IMG/VR virus record: IMGVR_UViG_3300028797_000100 | Span: 64,001 to 128,000 of that record | Direction: 5' to 3' (one strand) | Length of the DNA: 64,000 bases | DNA from: a virus | Taxonomy: Duplodnaviria > Caudoviricetes | Part shown: one piece after another, positions 19,328-29,075 of the stretch | Layout: every line of letters starts with the position of its first letter | How positions within the stretch are numbered: the stretch's first letter is position 1 | Notes under the pieces: model-generated | Seen by the model: only the letters and a program-made list of their open reading frames with translations | Database searches by the model: none | Told to the model about the DNA's origin: nothing | Translations under genes and position numbers: made by a program

Positions 19328-20956
19328 ATGGCAAAGAAAGAACCGTCTTCCAAGACACTTCTTTATCTGTATGACCCAGATGAGACATACGAGTACAATG
19401 CTAAGCATGGTACGCAGTATCCTTACAATGGCTTTCCAACGGGTTTGAAGGGTAAGAAGTATAAGAAGACTAGATTCATTAACTGGGAACCTATACCTGA
19501 GGATATTATTATCCGTCACAACGGTTCTCAAATATTCGTCAACTTCAGTGCATTATTTCCCGATCTGATTGATCCTGCATTTGAAGTATTCCAGTTGCGT
19601 GCTAAGAGAAATGATTTGCAGAATTACATCTGTGAACAAATCAATTTCTTCACCGCATTGTATGACGATGATAATGATCTCATAACATCAATGATGATCG
19701 CCAAGTATATGACTGACTCGGAAACATATACTATCGACACATTTGATGAATATTACAAGCAGCTTTATGATACTCTATTTCCACCAAGGACGATGGAGAA
19801 AATCAAGAAGATGGTTGATGAGAATGATGTTGGAGATGATACGGTGGGATTATTCCCGTTAGATTTTCTCCGTGATATGTACATTGTCTCATTCATGATA
19901 AAGGTAATGCACATATTCATTGAACATTTCATCATAGCAACTGGTAACTCCCCAAAAGATTTATATGAACTCTTTGCACGTGCTTTCTCGCATGCAATGA
20001 ATCAGATAAATCCTCATATGTACATTCTGTTGTACAACTACGTCAACAAGAATGTCCTTCAGTCAATTTCATCCAATGCTAATATATACGACATGCAGGC
20101 AGTTGAGGGTGTTACAGCACCTACAACTACGCAGTTCGTTATGAGAAAGATATTACTCTGTGATGGATTGATTAAACTCACATTCGCATCTGCATGGGAT
20201 AAGATTAATAAGCGTCCAACATATTCTTGTGTAGGTCTTATTAAAGCCATCATCATGCAAGCTTCCTTCCTGACAAGAAAGAAACAGTTGAGGTATTCAC
20301 TGGTAAATGTCGATGATGTTTCTCAGTTGATGCCTGACAATGTTAACCAGAATTCACCAATATCAATGATACGTTCATTCAATCCTGGAGAGTATAGTTG
20401 TATGCTCAAGGATCTGAATATCATCATTGCGAACATTGCACTTGAGATAGATGTATCTCCTGTAGATTACTACATGGAGCATATGCCTCAGATGAATGAA
20501 TTGTCAAAGATATTGATAGATACAGTACTCTATAACAAATTCCATTCGTCTATTTCTACTAATACACTGAGTATGCGTCAGAAAGTTCTGCTACTGTTAT
20601 ATGTTCGCCATATGGTTATGGAGATATACGGAATCCAAGAAGAGGATACTAAAGACAATGCTCTCATAAATATCCTCATGGGTAAAACCGTTACAACAGC
20701 AACAAAGTCACTGACACAGAAAGATGTAAATAACATCAAGAAGTTTGTTAAGTTGAATCATCTGAAGGAATATCTTCTTTCGGAGAATAACGTAAACATC
20801 TTCGTTGAAAGTATCATGCATTGTGTACTGTCATCATATACGATCGTAAATCATAATGATCCTTCATTACTTGATACACCATTGATATATGAAACGGGAA
20901 ACATGACTATGGCTATATTGGATATGGTCGTTGAGATATTTGAGATGTTAAAGTAA
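19328..20956 (+). CDS. Hypothetical protein; candidate sigma-like/promoter-specificity subunit of the non-virion RNAP
   Basis: The ORF itself is secure (542 aa, RBS AAGGGAGG). The function is inferred only from size, helical character and adjacency to beta-prime-N. Confidence 0.4.
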   Translation: MAKKEPSSKTLLYLYDPDETYEYNAKHGTQYPYNGFPTGLKGKKYKKTRFINWEPIPEDIIIRHNGSQIFVNFSALFPDLIDPAFEVFQLRAKRNDLQNYICEQINFFTALYDDDNDLITSMMIAKYMTDSETYTIDTFDEYYKQLYDTLFPPRTMEKIKKMVDENDVGDDTVGLFPLDFLRDMYIVSFMIKVMHIFIEHFIIATGNSPKDLYELFARAFSHAMNQINPHMYILLYNYVNKNVLQSISSNANIYDMQAVEGVTAPTTTQFVMRKILLCDGLIKLTFASAWDKINKRPTYSCVGLIKAIIMQASFLTRKKQLRYSLVNVDDVSQLMPDNVNQNSPISMIRSFNPGEYSCMLKDLNIIIANIALEIDVSPVDYYMEHMPQMNELSKILIDTVLYNKFHSSISTNTLSMRQKVLLLLYVRHMVMEIYGIQEEDTKDNALINILMGKTVTTATKSLTQKDVNNIKKFVKLNHLKEYLLSENNVNIFVESIMHCVLSSYTIVNHNDPSLLDTPLIYETGNMTMAILDMVVEIFEMLK

Positions 20957-20969
20957 AGGGGGTATACGA

Positions 20970-22373
20970 ATGTCATCAGTCAGACTTGAGAGGATGAATC
21001 TCGAAAATGAGTACATCCTCGACATGATAACAAACAATGGATTTGTTATAAAGAATGAAGACCAATACGCACCAACAAATGTTGATCAGCTGGTAAACTC
21101 TCCAAAGTTCATGGATGTAGAATACCGTTGTGATTGTGGTGCTTTCACAGGACAAGACATCATAGGCCGTGTCTGCCCTCGTTGTAACACAGAGATTACT
21201 TTGAGATCTCTTAACTTTGGATATACTGGTTGGATTGATATTGCTCCTCATAAGGTAATAACACCAATCTACTATTCAATGTTGAAAAGAGTATTGACTC
21301 CTAATATGCTGAAATACATCTTAGGAGATTATAAGTCTGACTTATCTGTCCCTTACAATGAAAACGACACAAACTTCTTTGAGAATAAGAAGAATCGTAA
21401 AAAGGGTAGAGTTGCTCAGAATGATATCGAAGCTATCAAGAAGAAAGTTCCTAAGTCCAAGCATATCTATGAGGGACTTGGTCATGATGAATTCTATGAA
21501 AGATTCGAAGAAGTTCTGACAGCTTGTGCAAAGAACGGTGCTGAAGAATTACAAACACTCCTTGATGAAAAACACTCGGTATTCACATCAAAGATTCCTG
21601 TGTACTCAACAGCATTCCGTCCTGTATTGAAAACATCTGAAACAATGTTCTATGATAAGACCAACAAATGGTTCTCACAGATCGTTGCAATTCAGTGTAA
21701 ATTGAAGGATATGACTCTTCCATGTGAAACCATTCAAGCATTAAACTTCATTCAGAATTATTGGATAGACATGACTGAATATCTGATAACTGATGAGGTT
21801 TCAAAGAAAGATGGTTTCGTTCGTTCAGAGATTGTTGGAGGTACTTTCTCATTCTCTGCACGTGCTGTTATCACACTCGATATTTCTCTCAATATCGATG
21901 AAGTGGATCTTCCGCTTCCAATGTGTATAACCGCATTCCATTACAAGATTACACATATACTTGCGGTGAGATATAATCTTACATTGGAGCAAGCATACTT
22001 AACCGTCAGAGATTACAAGATACATCCTGAAGTTGTTGATATCCTCCAGGAGATAATCGATGAGGGTCAATGGATAATGATACTTCGTGAGCCGACAAAC
22101 AATATCGGTTCAATCGAGGTTGCTAGAATTCGTCGCTTCAAGAAGAATGATGATACTATATCACTTCCTCCAGAAGTTCTCTCCGGATTCAATGCAGACT
22201 TTGATGGAGATCAGTTGAATGTTTTGTTCCTTGGTTCATACAAGGATGGAATCGTTCAGCACTTCGAAGCATTCCATTATTCATGCATGACCAACTATAT
22301 CAATGAGAGAGTTAATATCGATCTCATGGATTGGTCAAACTACTGCTTAGGCATTATGTCTGAAGCAGAATAA
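20970..22373 (+). CDS. RNA polymerase beta-prime subunit, N-terminal half (probably the non-virion RNAP)
   Basis: Zn-ribbon CDCG...CPRC, FSFSARAVI, LREPT and catalytic FNADFDGDQ. The protein ends about 50 aa after the motif. Confidence 0.93.
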   Translation: MSSVRLERMNLENEYILDMITNNGFVIKNEDQYAPTNVDQLVNSPKFMDVEYRCDCGAFTGQDIIGRVCPRCNTEITLRSLNFGYTGWIDIAPHKVITPIYYSMLKRVLTPNMLKYILGDYKSDLSVPYNENDTNFFENKKNRKKGRVAQNDIEAIKKKVPKSKHIYEGLGHDEFYERFEEVLTACAKNGAEELQTLLDEKHSVFTSKIPVYSTAFRPVLKTSETMFYDKTNKWFSQIVAIQCKLKDMTLPCETIQALNFIQNYWIDMTEYLITDEVSKKDGFVRSEIVGGTFSFSARAVITLDISLNIDEVDLPLPMCITAFHYKITHILAVRYNLTLEQAYLTVRDYKIHPEVVDILQEIIDEGQWIMILREPTNNIGSIEVARIRRFKKNDDTISLPPEVLSGFNADFDGDQLNVLFLGSYKDGIVQHFEAFHYSCMTNYINERVNIDLMDWSNYCLGIMSEAE

Positions 22374-22385
22374 GAATGTTACAAC

Positions 22386-22420
22386 GGCGGGGTTTATCCC
22401 CCGCCAACTAACATTTTATT
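22386..22420 (+). terminator. Terminator-like hairpin
   Basis: GGCGGGG-TTTAT-CCCCGCC after the beta-prime gene. Confidence 0.6.
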
Positions 22421-22437
22421 TGAAAGGAATTTTGTTT

Positions 22438-23004
22438 ATGTATACATTAAGTAGACACAATGTTATTTGTAAAAATGATGTTAACGAGACTGAATATGAA
22501 TTTGAATTCGTTGAAATAGTGGGTGATCGTTTTAGATATAAATTTAAAGTATTCAATAGATATAAAGATACATTAGGTGGTGATCTTCGGTCACCATCTG
22601 CAGAATACGACATAATTGTCCGTAGCACTTCCGAGCTCAATAATTTGTACAATAATCCAGAATATGCACATGAGTTCATTAGCAAAGAAGCATACGGATG
22701 TACGTTCATATATTTTGAATTTCAGTTACCTGATGAGAAGCATAGCAAGCCAGGCATAGGCACACTGTATTCTTCCTTTGAAACATATGCTGATATCAGA
22801 AAGAGCTTTCCTACATTAGCTCGAAATGGAATTGTTATAACATCTATGGAGGAAGACTCCAATAAGTTTGACTTTGATAATAACAGACCTGTGTATATCG
22901 GATATTGTTTTATCAATGATGATGAAGACATATGGTGGAAATATGAAGAAACAATACTCAAACTAGCTAAAGATTTTTCAATAAATGATAAGGATGATGA
23001 ATAA
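22438..23004 (+). CDS. Hypothetical protein
   Basis: ORF with RBS GAAAGGA before ATG at 22438. Confidence 0.75.
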   Translation: MYTLSRHNVICKNDVNETEYEFEFVEIVGDRFRYKFKVFNRYKDTLGGDLRSPSAEYDIIVRSTSELNNLYNNPEYAHEFISKEAYGCTFIYFEFQLPDEKHSKPGIGTLYSSFETYADIRKSFPTLARNGIVITSMEEDSNKFDFDNNRPVYIGYCFINDDEDIWWKYEETILKLAKDFSINDKDDE

Positions 23005-23306
23005 TGTTCACTAAAACCTATATAGTACGCTGTAATGTCAATCTAATAACAGAAGTCAAAAGTACATACGCATTAGTCAATGCTGGTAATCGTAGAGGAG
23101 CTTTGACGAAGTTCCTCTTTCATGTAGATGAGATTAAAGGATTTCCTCACATAGATCCGCATGAATCTTTCTTAGCACATAAGTCAGACAATGATAAAAT
23201 TAAGGTGTATTATAATAATGCACATGATATTCGTATTACTGTCGAACAGATTAATCCCCACGGGGATGTTATAATTATAGGAGGATCAGATGATTTACAA
23301 GAATGA
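23004..23306 (+). CDS. Hypothetical protein
   Basis: TAATG-coupled ORF. Confidence 0.7.
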   Translation: MFTKTYIVRCNVNLITEVKSTYALVNAGNRRGALTKFLFHVDEIKGFPHIDPHESFLAHKSDNDKIKVYYNNAHDIRITVEQINPHGDVIIIGGSDDLQE

Positions 23307-23937
23307 TGATCTATTAATAAAGGAAGAACCGAGAGTTGTTATTAAGCATACAGGTCTTCTTCATATGATTGACGGCAGACGTTTCTATGTATACGTAAAT
23401 AACAAACCATGGGGCGGTTTTGATTCATTGAGTATATGGAATGATTCACTTAACTTCTATAGAGAAGACACATTGAAAGATCCAATGATTGATTGTGAAA
23501 TTAAAGAGCAGAGATCGGTACAGGTACCATTTGATCGGTGTATGGACATGGTTTTGGCTTGTGGTGATGATAATATTAAATTATCAGACTTCAGAGGTAT
23601 TGAAGAACAATGTAAGATCAATCAGGATATAATCCATGCTGGAGACTTTGTACGTTTAACTTACAGAAATAATGCCGCTGATATTGAATACAAGAGTACT
23701 GCAATAGTGTTTGAAGTGGATTCACGACGCATTATATTGTCGATTCCATGTGGTGATCATCTTAGACATGTTCACCTCACTACATATGACCTGTCGAATA
23801 AAGGTATTTCTGTTGAGATTGAGATACTTTTTAAAGCCGAGCGACCCAGACCAGAGCCACCCAGACCGTGGGAGGAAACCCCATCAAACGATGACGATGA
23901 TTCACCCAAGTATGATGTAATAGATGAGGAGAAATAA
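23290..23937 (+). CDS. Hypothetical protein
   Basis: ORF with RBS TAGGAGG. Confidence 0.75.
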   Translation: MIYKNDDLLIKEEPRVVIKHTGLLHMIDGRRFYVYVNNKPWGGFDSLSIWNDSLNFYREDTLKDPMIDCEIKEQRSVQVPFDRCMDMVLACGDDNIKLSDFRGIEEQCKINQDIIHAGDFVRLTYRNNAADIEYKSTAIVFEVDSRRIILSIPCGDHLRHVHLTTYDLSNKGISVEIEILFKAERPRPEPPRPWEETPSNDDDDSPKYDVIDEEK

Positions 23938-23941
23938 TAAT

Positions 23942-24385
23942 ATGGACGAAGATAAGATCACATCATTTAGAGGAGACTACTTCTTTCTATCAAACTTTTA
24001 TCCATGCGCTATATTGTTTAATGGATACTTATTTGGATCTGCAGAAGCAGCTTTCCAAGCACAAAAAGTAATCAATAGTAGAGACCAGGTAGCTTTCACA
24101 CAAATGTCACCTGGCCAAGCAAAGAAGTATGGTAAAACGGTTAAGCTTCGTAAAGATTGGGAGGATGTTAAACTTGGTATCATGGAGGCAATAATCCGTG
24201 AGAAGTTTATATATGATCCCGAGTTGATTAAAATGTTACTCGATACAGGAGACAAAGAACTGATTGAAGGTAACAATTGGAATGATACATTCTGGGGAAT
24301 GTGTCGTGGTAAAGGCGAAAACCATCTTGGAAAGATTCTTATGAAGCTCCGTGCAGAGCTTCGTATGAAGGAGGTAACCAAATGA
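23942..24385 (+). CDS. NADAR (YbiA-like) family protein
   Basis: FLSNFYPC, SAEAAFQAQK, AKKYG..V.LRKDWE, LLDTGDKELIEGNNWNDTFWG, GENHLGKILMKLR. Confidence 0.92.
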   Translation: MDEDKITSFRGDYFFLSNFYPCAILFNGYLFGSAEAAFQAQKVINSRDQVAFTQMSPGQAKKYGKTVKLRKDWEDVKLGIMEAIIREKFIYDPELIKMLLDTGDKELIEGNNWNDTFWGMCRGKGENHLGKILMKLRAELRMKEVTK

Positions 24386-24744
24386 GAAAGTTCTTTAGTA
24401 CAGTTGCAATGACCGTATGCGCTTTACTTGGAATATTCATGATGTTCGCCATAGGTGTATTGGCATTCAGAAATATCAAATTGCTTGTTGAAGGATTAAT
24501 AAACATATCATTGATACTTGAGATGGTTGGTGCTATTGTCATATTTGGATTTCTCATTGCAGTATTCAAGATTGTTGATGATAACAACTATGACCACCGA
24601 CCCACACCCTCCATTGAAGAATTGGAGAAGATGGAGTGTATTAAACCTAAACAACCACCAAATCCTTTCAGTACTAGTAAATTTGATGATGATACATATG
24701 ATACCGTATTAGAAAAACTCCGAAAAGGTGAAGACCTCCAATGA
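24382..24744 (+). CDS. Hypothetical membrane protein
   Basis: Two N-terminal hydrophobic helices. RBS AAGGAGG. Confidence 0.75.
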   Translation: MRKFFSTVAMTVCALLGIFMMFAIGVLAFRNIKLLVEGLINISLILEMVGAIVIFGFLIAVFKIVDDNNYDHRPTPSIEELEKMECIKPKQPPNPFSTSKFDDDTYDTVLEKLRKGEDLQ

Positions 24745-24804
24745 CCATGATGTAAATAATCTTCGGGGAGATTATATAAAGATTTATGGAAAGGAGGTAC
24801 GCAT

Positions 24805-24954
24805 GTGAGAGACTTTATTAATTTCATGAAATCATTCGTTTATGGAACCTTTGTTGTATTGGGTGTATTATTAACTATTGGAACATTCGTCATGGGGATA
24901 TTGATAAAGTCGGTTTGTGAAGATGAAAGTAAACGAAGAGACAAAGAAGAATAA
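24805..24954 (+). CDS. Small membrane protein (49 aa)
   Basis: Below the ORF-track cutoff. RBS GAAAGGAGG, GTG start, one hydrophobic helix, followed by a terminator hairpin. Confidence 0.6.
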   Translation: MRDFINFMKSFVYGTFVVLGVLLTIGTFVMGILIKSVCEDESKRRDKEE

Positions 24955-24990
24955 TATAGGGGGCATATAGCCCCCTATATTATTTTTTGT
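24953..24990 (+). terminator. Intrinsic terminator
   Basis: AATATAGGGGGC-ATATA-GCCCCCTATATT followed by a T tract. Confidence 0.8.
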
Positions 24991-25057
24991 TTTCACATGT
25001 ATATTATTATTACGATAATCTGAAAAGATTATTAATAAAACTTCGGAGGTTAAAATT

Positions 25058-26104
25058 ATGAGAAATGCAAACAAACTCGAGCAAATGCTCGACCCCAGGC
25101 ACGGAACGAGAATGATCACTCTGAGACCGGGAACATCCATCGGCAATTATGAACCAACACGTTTTCTGTTAATTGTTGATGATGACTTCAAGAAAATGTT
25201 TCCATCACAGGTAACTGAATTCACAATGATCAGCTCACTTGAGTACGACGTATTCAAAGATTATTTTCCTACAGTAACAGAGGATTCTGCAGGTGTAAAA
25301 TGTATAATGCCTGTTGAAGAGCAGCTCGCTAAAGGGGAGAAACTTCCACCTCGTGCATACGTTAATATGGTTTTCAACCATGATCCCGAACTTTTCAAGA
25401 AATATACTGAAGATACTGGTATAAGTATACTTGGTGCACAGTTCTGCCCTATCGATAAATCATATCGTGAGGAATTCGAAATGGGTAACATTGAGTTTAT
25501 TCCATTGGGTATGATGGATATAACATGTTCGTGGAAATATAATAAGAGACCATTCACAGTGTCTCAGTTTATATGCATGAGAAAGGATACTTGCTCATAT
25601 GAGTTCCGTTTAGTGTATAAAGTTGATATGATTTATCAAATCATGCTTGTACATCACGACCCTTTCTTTAATTCAAACAGCTCAGAATTCAATGATGATA
25701 TTTATCGATTATTTAAAAATATCATTCCATGCATTTCACGTGAATCGATGAGATTATGGGATGCTATCCAGTATATGTCATTACATCCTAAGCTCAAAGA
25801 GGTGTTCTTCTCAGAAGAAGCTCTGGCACCATCATATGCGAGAAAACCGCTCCGTTCAGGAATGGATCTCAGAAAGCAGACAGCTCGTAACAATGTGAAG
25901 TATGTTCATTTGGATGTATCCAAACATAATAGAACTATTGACGAGCAGGAAAAGAGAAAGTACACCAAACCATCAGAGCAAGTTCCTTACAAAGGACATT
26001 TCAGGAGAAAACCAGGTAGTGACGAAGAGATTTATATACAACCCGGAATAAGATATAAGAATAATCCCCCGATCAAGGAACCAAAAGAAGTAAAAATGGT
26101 ATAA
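25058..26104 (+). CDS. Hypothetical protein
   Basis: 348 aa with a basic C-terminus containing YKGHFR..IYIQPG. An early-type motif lies upstream (24996-25014). Confidence 0.8.
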   Translation: MRNANKLEQMLDPRHGTRMITLRPGTSIGNYEPTRFLLIVDDDFKKMFPSQVTEFTMISSLEYDVFKDYFPTVTEDSAGVKCIMPVEEQLAKGEKLPPRAYVNMVFNHDPELFKKYTEDTGISILGAQFCPIDKSYREEFEMGNIEFIPLGMMDITCSWKYNKRPFTVSQFICMRKDTCSYEFRLVYKVDMIYQIMLVHHDPFFNSNSSEFNDDIYRLFKNIIPCISRESMRLWDAIQYMSLHPKLKEVFFSEEALAPSYARKPLRSGMDLRKQTARNNVKYVHLDVSKHNRTIDEQEKRKYTKPSEQVPYKGHFRRKPGSDEEIYIQPGIRYKNNPPIKEPKEVKMV

Positions 26105-26164
26105 ATTAATGGGGAGAATATCTCCCCATTATAATATATAAAACAAGACGGAGGTAAAAAGAAA

Positions 26165-27610
26165 ATGATTGACAACTTATCAGGATTCTTAAACGAGTTA
26201 AAGATATATGTCGTTTGTGAATCAGGATACCTGACCATTGAAGAAATAATAGAGACGATGGTCAAAAAGAAAATGATATCGTTAGCAAGATATGATATCA
26301 GTCAAGTGAACTGTACGCTTATTCTGAATGATATCCAGGAACACATGCAGCGTTATACTGATGCGGAAGTAATGGCCTATTTCTTGAAATACATGTTTGA
26401 TTTCAAGAATGATAATATCTATAAACAGAAACTGTACAGCGTAGGCATAATCAATTGCGCAGATGTAAATATCAGACGTGTTGAGAGAATACATTTAAAT
26501 CTCAGACGTAGAATATTTGCACAACCAAAGTACACTAAAGAAACATTTGTTTTCATCAGTGATATCATTGGTAATGACAAATTCCGCGAAGCTGTCAAAG
26601 AATCTCAAACAGCACCAATGACAGTAAAAGAATTCATACATTATCATTTCAAGTGTTCATTATTAAATCATGATGGTACACTCGAAAAGATAAATAAGAT
26701 TAAAGATGTCATAACTGAAATCAAACCATTTGTGAAGTTCGTCAATACAGATGAATTCCCTTGGAATCTGTTGGTGGCTCTGAATAGAGATTATCACATC
26801 AATGTTTATCAGAAACTGTTGGATTTCTTGAGTGCAAATGGATTGACATTGAATGACATTATCGAAAAGCAAGATATAGCCACGGATGTATTCAAGTACA
26901 ATCTGTGTGCGTTTGTTCATATAAAGTCCAGAGTAGATGTTATCTCAGCAAAGTTCATTCACAATCTTCCTTTATCGGATATCAAAGTATCAAAGCTTAG
27001 TGATTCATCTATAAATGTATCCATCACAAGAATTAAACAGATATATGATGCAGCCATGAGATCAATGGTTGATGCTATAACTGACAACAGCAGATTCTTC
27101 TTTGATGGATTTGAGTTATTTGCAAAGAAACTCAAACCAGATGAGGTTGCAAATAGAATTATGCATGATACACTTCCTCCAAATATAATGGATATGTTGA
27201 TTGCTGTAATTCCTACAGCACCATATATGACATTGGAAGAATTGACATCCATAATTTACAATAACCCTCTCATACATCATGTTATTGTGTATGGATTTCT
27301 CAAGGGTGTTGTTGTTGCCAACCAGGAGCTTCGTGTCTCTCAGGGCATTAGTAGAACTCCTGTGATCCCTGAAGATGTGGCTGAACTGAACTTATCTCAG
27401 AGAGCAACAAATGCACTCATCAGAAGTGGTATACATAAAACTATAGATCTCATAACACTATCATACGATGACTTGCATAACGTAAGAAACATTGGTCAAA
27501 AGAGTTTCGATGAAATCATTGAGACATTAAAAATATATGGTGTTCACATCACCGACAAGGAGGATACTTCACATGAAAGTACGTTTAATTACACACACCC
27601 CAGATCCTGA
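26165..27610 (+). CDS. Protein with a C-terminal RNA polymerase alpha-CTD-like domain
   Basis: DVAELNLSQRATNALIRSGIHKTIDLITLSYDDLHNVRNIGQKSFDEIIETL matches the alpha-CTD pattern L.LS.R..N.L...GI....DL.......L....N.G.KS..EI. Confidence 0.8.
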   Translation: MIDNLSGFLNELKIYVVCESGYLTIEEIIETMVKKKMISLARYDISQVNCTLILNDIQEHMQRYTDAEVMAYFLKYMFDFKNDNIYKQKLYSVGIINCADVNIRRVERIHLNLRRRIFAQPKYTKETFVFISDIIGNDKFREAVKESQTAPMTVKEFIHYHFKCSLLNHDGTLEKINKIKDVITEIKPFVKFVNTDEFPWNLLVALNRDYHINVYQKLLDFLSANGLTLNDIIEKQDIATDVFKYNLCAFVHIKSRVDVISAKFIHNLPLSDIKVSKLSDSSINVSITRIKQIYDAAMRSMVDAITDNSRFFFDGFELFAKKLKPDEVANRIMHDTLPPNIMDMLIAVIPTAPYMTLEELTSIIYNNPLIHHVIVYGFLKGVVVANQELRVSQGISRTPVIPEDVAELNLSQRATNALIRSGIHKTIDLITLSYDDLHNVRNIGQKSFDEIIETLKIYGVHITDKEDTSHESTFNYTHPRS

Positions 27611-28346
27611 GCGAGTAATCGCAACAGCTGCAAAGCTGTGTTATTCTTCTTCGGATATCGAGTCTCTCCAAGAGGGACTCGATCCAGATAAGATTTACAA
27701 CTTTCTTTCAATGTTGACTGAGCTGGGACATGAAAGTCCGATGGAGCATGTTACATTCACCTTTGGAATCGAAGGTATCAGTAGAGCATGTAGTCATCAG
27801 TTAGTTCGTCATCGTATCGCTTCATACTCTCAGAAATCCCAGAGATATGTTAGCGAGAACCAGTTTGATTATGTCACACCACCAGACATCAAATTGGATG
27901 AAATGACAAAAGCTATATATGATGATACAATGGAACTTCTTCAGAGTCGTTATGAAATAATTCGTGATGCTCTCATCAAGAAACATGTTGAAGAAGGTAT
28001 GGAAAAGAAAGCTGCAGAAAAGAAAGCAAATGAAGATGCCAGAATGGTTCTTCCAAATGCTTGCGAGACTTCTATAATTGTGACAATGAACATTCGTTCA
28101 CTGTTCAATTTCTTTAAGCATCGTTGCTGCAATAGAGCTCAGTGGGAAATCCAGCAGCTTGCATTAGAGATGTATAAACTCTGTTTAGGTGTAGCTCCAA
28201 CTATCTTCCGCAATGCAGGTCCATCATGTGTTTCCAAGGGACAGTGTGGTGAAGGCCGCATGACTTGTGGTAAGGCAATGTTCATGAGAGGTATGTTTGC
28301 AGAAATGCATAAAGACGAATTATCGTTAAGAAGTGAAGAAGGGTGA
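27573..28346 (+). CDS. thyX: Flavin-dependent thymidylate synthase
   Basis: GHESPMEH, SRACSHQLVRHRIASYSQKSQRY, EDARMVLPN, RAQWEI. ATG at 27573 follows AAGGAGG. Confidence 0.96.
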   Translation: MKVRLITHTPDPERVIATAAKLCYSSSDIESLQEGLDPDKIYNFLSMLTELGHESPMEHVTFTFGIEGISRACSHQLVRHRIASYSQKSQRYVSENQFDYVTPPDIKLDEMTKAIYDDTMELLQSRYEIIRDALIKKHVEEGMEKKAAEKKANEDARMVLPNACETSIIVTMNIRSLFNFFKHRCCNRAQWEIQQLALEMYKLCLGVAPTIFRNAGPSCVSKGQCGEGRMTCGKAMFMRGMFAEMHKDELSLRSEEG

Positions 28347-28352
28347 TAAGTC

Positions 28353-29075
28353 ATGATACTTGGTAAAAGAGAATATCGTTCCTCAGAAGGAATCGTACAT
28401 GGTTCTTATAACATCACTGACATTTATAAGAAACCTGATGGTACTATAGAATCATATCAGGTTGAAGTAAGTATGACACCGGGAACGACATACCCGGTCA
28501 TTCTTACTGAAGATGAACTTATAGCTGTTGCAAATAACATACCTGCGGCATATCAGTATATAGATAATGAGACACGCGGAAGAAGATTGTTCTCATTTCT
28601 GATAGGTGGTGCTAATGAAAGATACCTCAATGAATATTGCCAACTTCGTGGAATAACATTAGCAACCGATTGCGGTAAATTCCATTTCAGAAATTTCAGA
28701 TACATTGACATTATCGAGTACTGTAACTGCATGTATCAGTATCCAGGTGGCTTTAACATTGGTCCAAGATTTGTTCAGTATGATCAATACTTTGATAAAT
28801 GGAGAGATGAGGTCTGGGGTGGTAAAATGGAACCAATTGAAGTATGTTCTCACGAACAGTACTTCATGGCTGTCAACGGGTTATTGTGGTTGGACGACAA
28901 TATGGCTGAGAAAAGAAATAGAATGAATGAAGATGACTTTGCACGTTTTCTCTTCAGAACATTTGAAGAAAGTTATATCAAAGCATATGAGGAAGCCCGT
29001 CCTAAATTTGAAGAAAGATTTGGAGCTTTCTTGGAAAGTTTAAACAAAGAGGATGATAAAGATGGAAAGAAATAA
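28353..29075 (+). CDS. Hypothetical protein
   Basis: 240-aa ORF in the operon. Confidence 0.75.
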   Translation: MILGKREYRSSEGIVHGSYNITDIYKKPDGTIESYQVEVSMTPGTTYPVILTEDELIAVANNIPAAYQYIDNETRGRRLFSFLIGGANERYLNEYCQLRGITLATDCGKFHFRNFRYIDIIEYCNCMYQYPGGFNIGPRFVQYDQYFDKWRDEVWGGKMEPIEVCSHEQYFMAVNGLLWLDDNMAEKRNRMNEDDFARFLFRTFEESYIKAYEEARPKFEERFGAFLESLNKEDDKDGKK

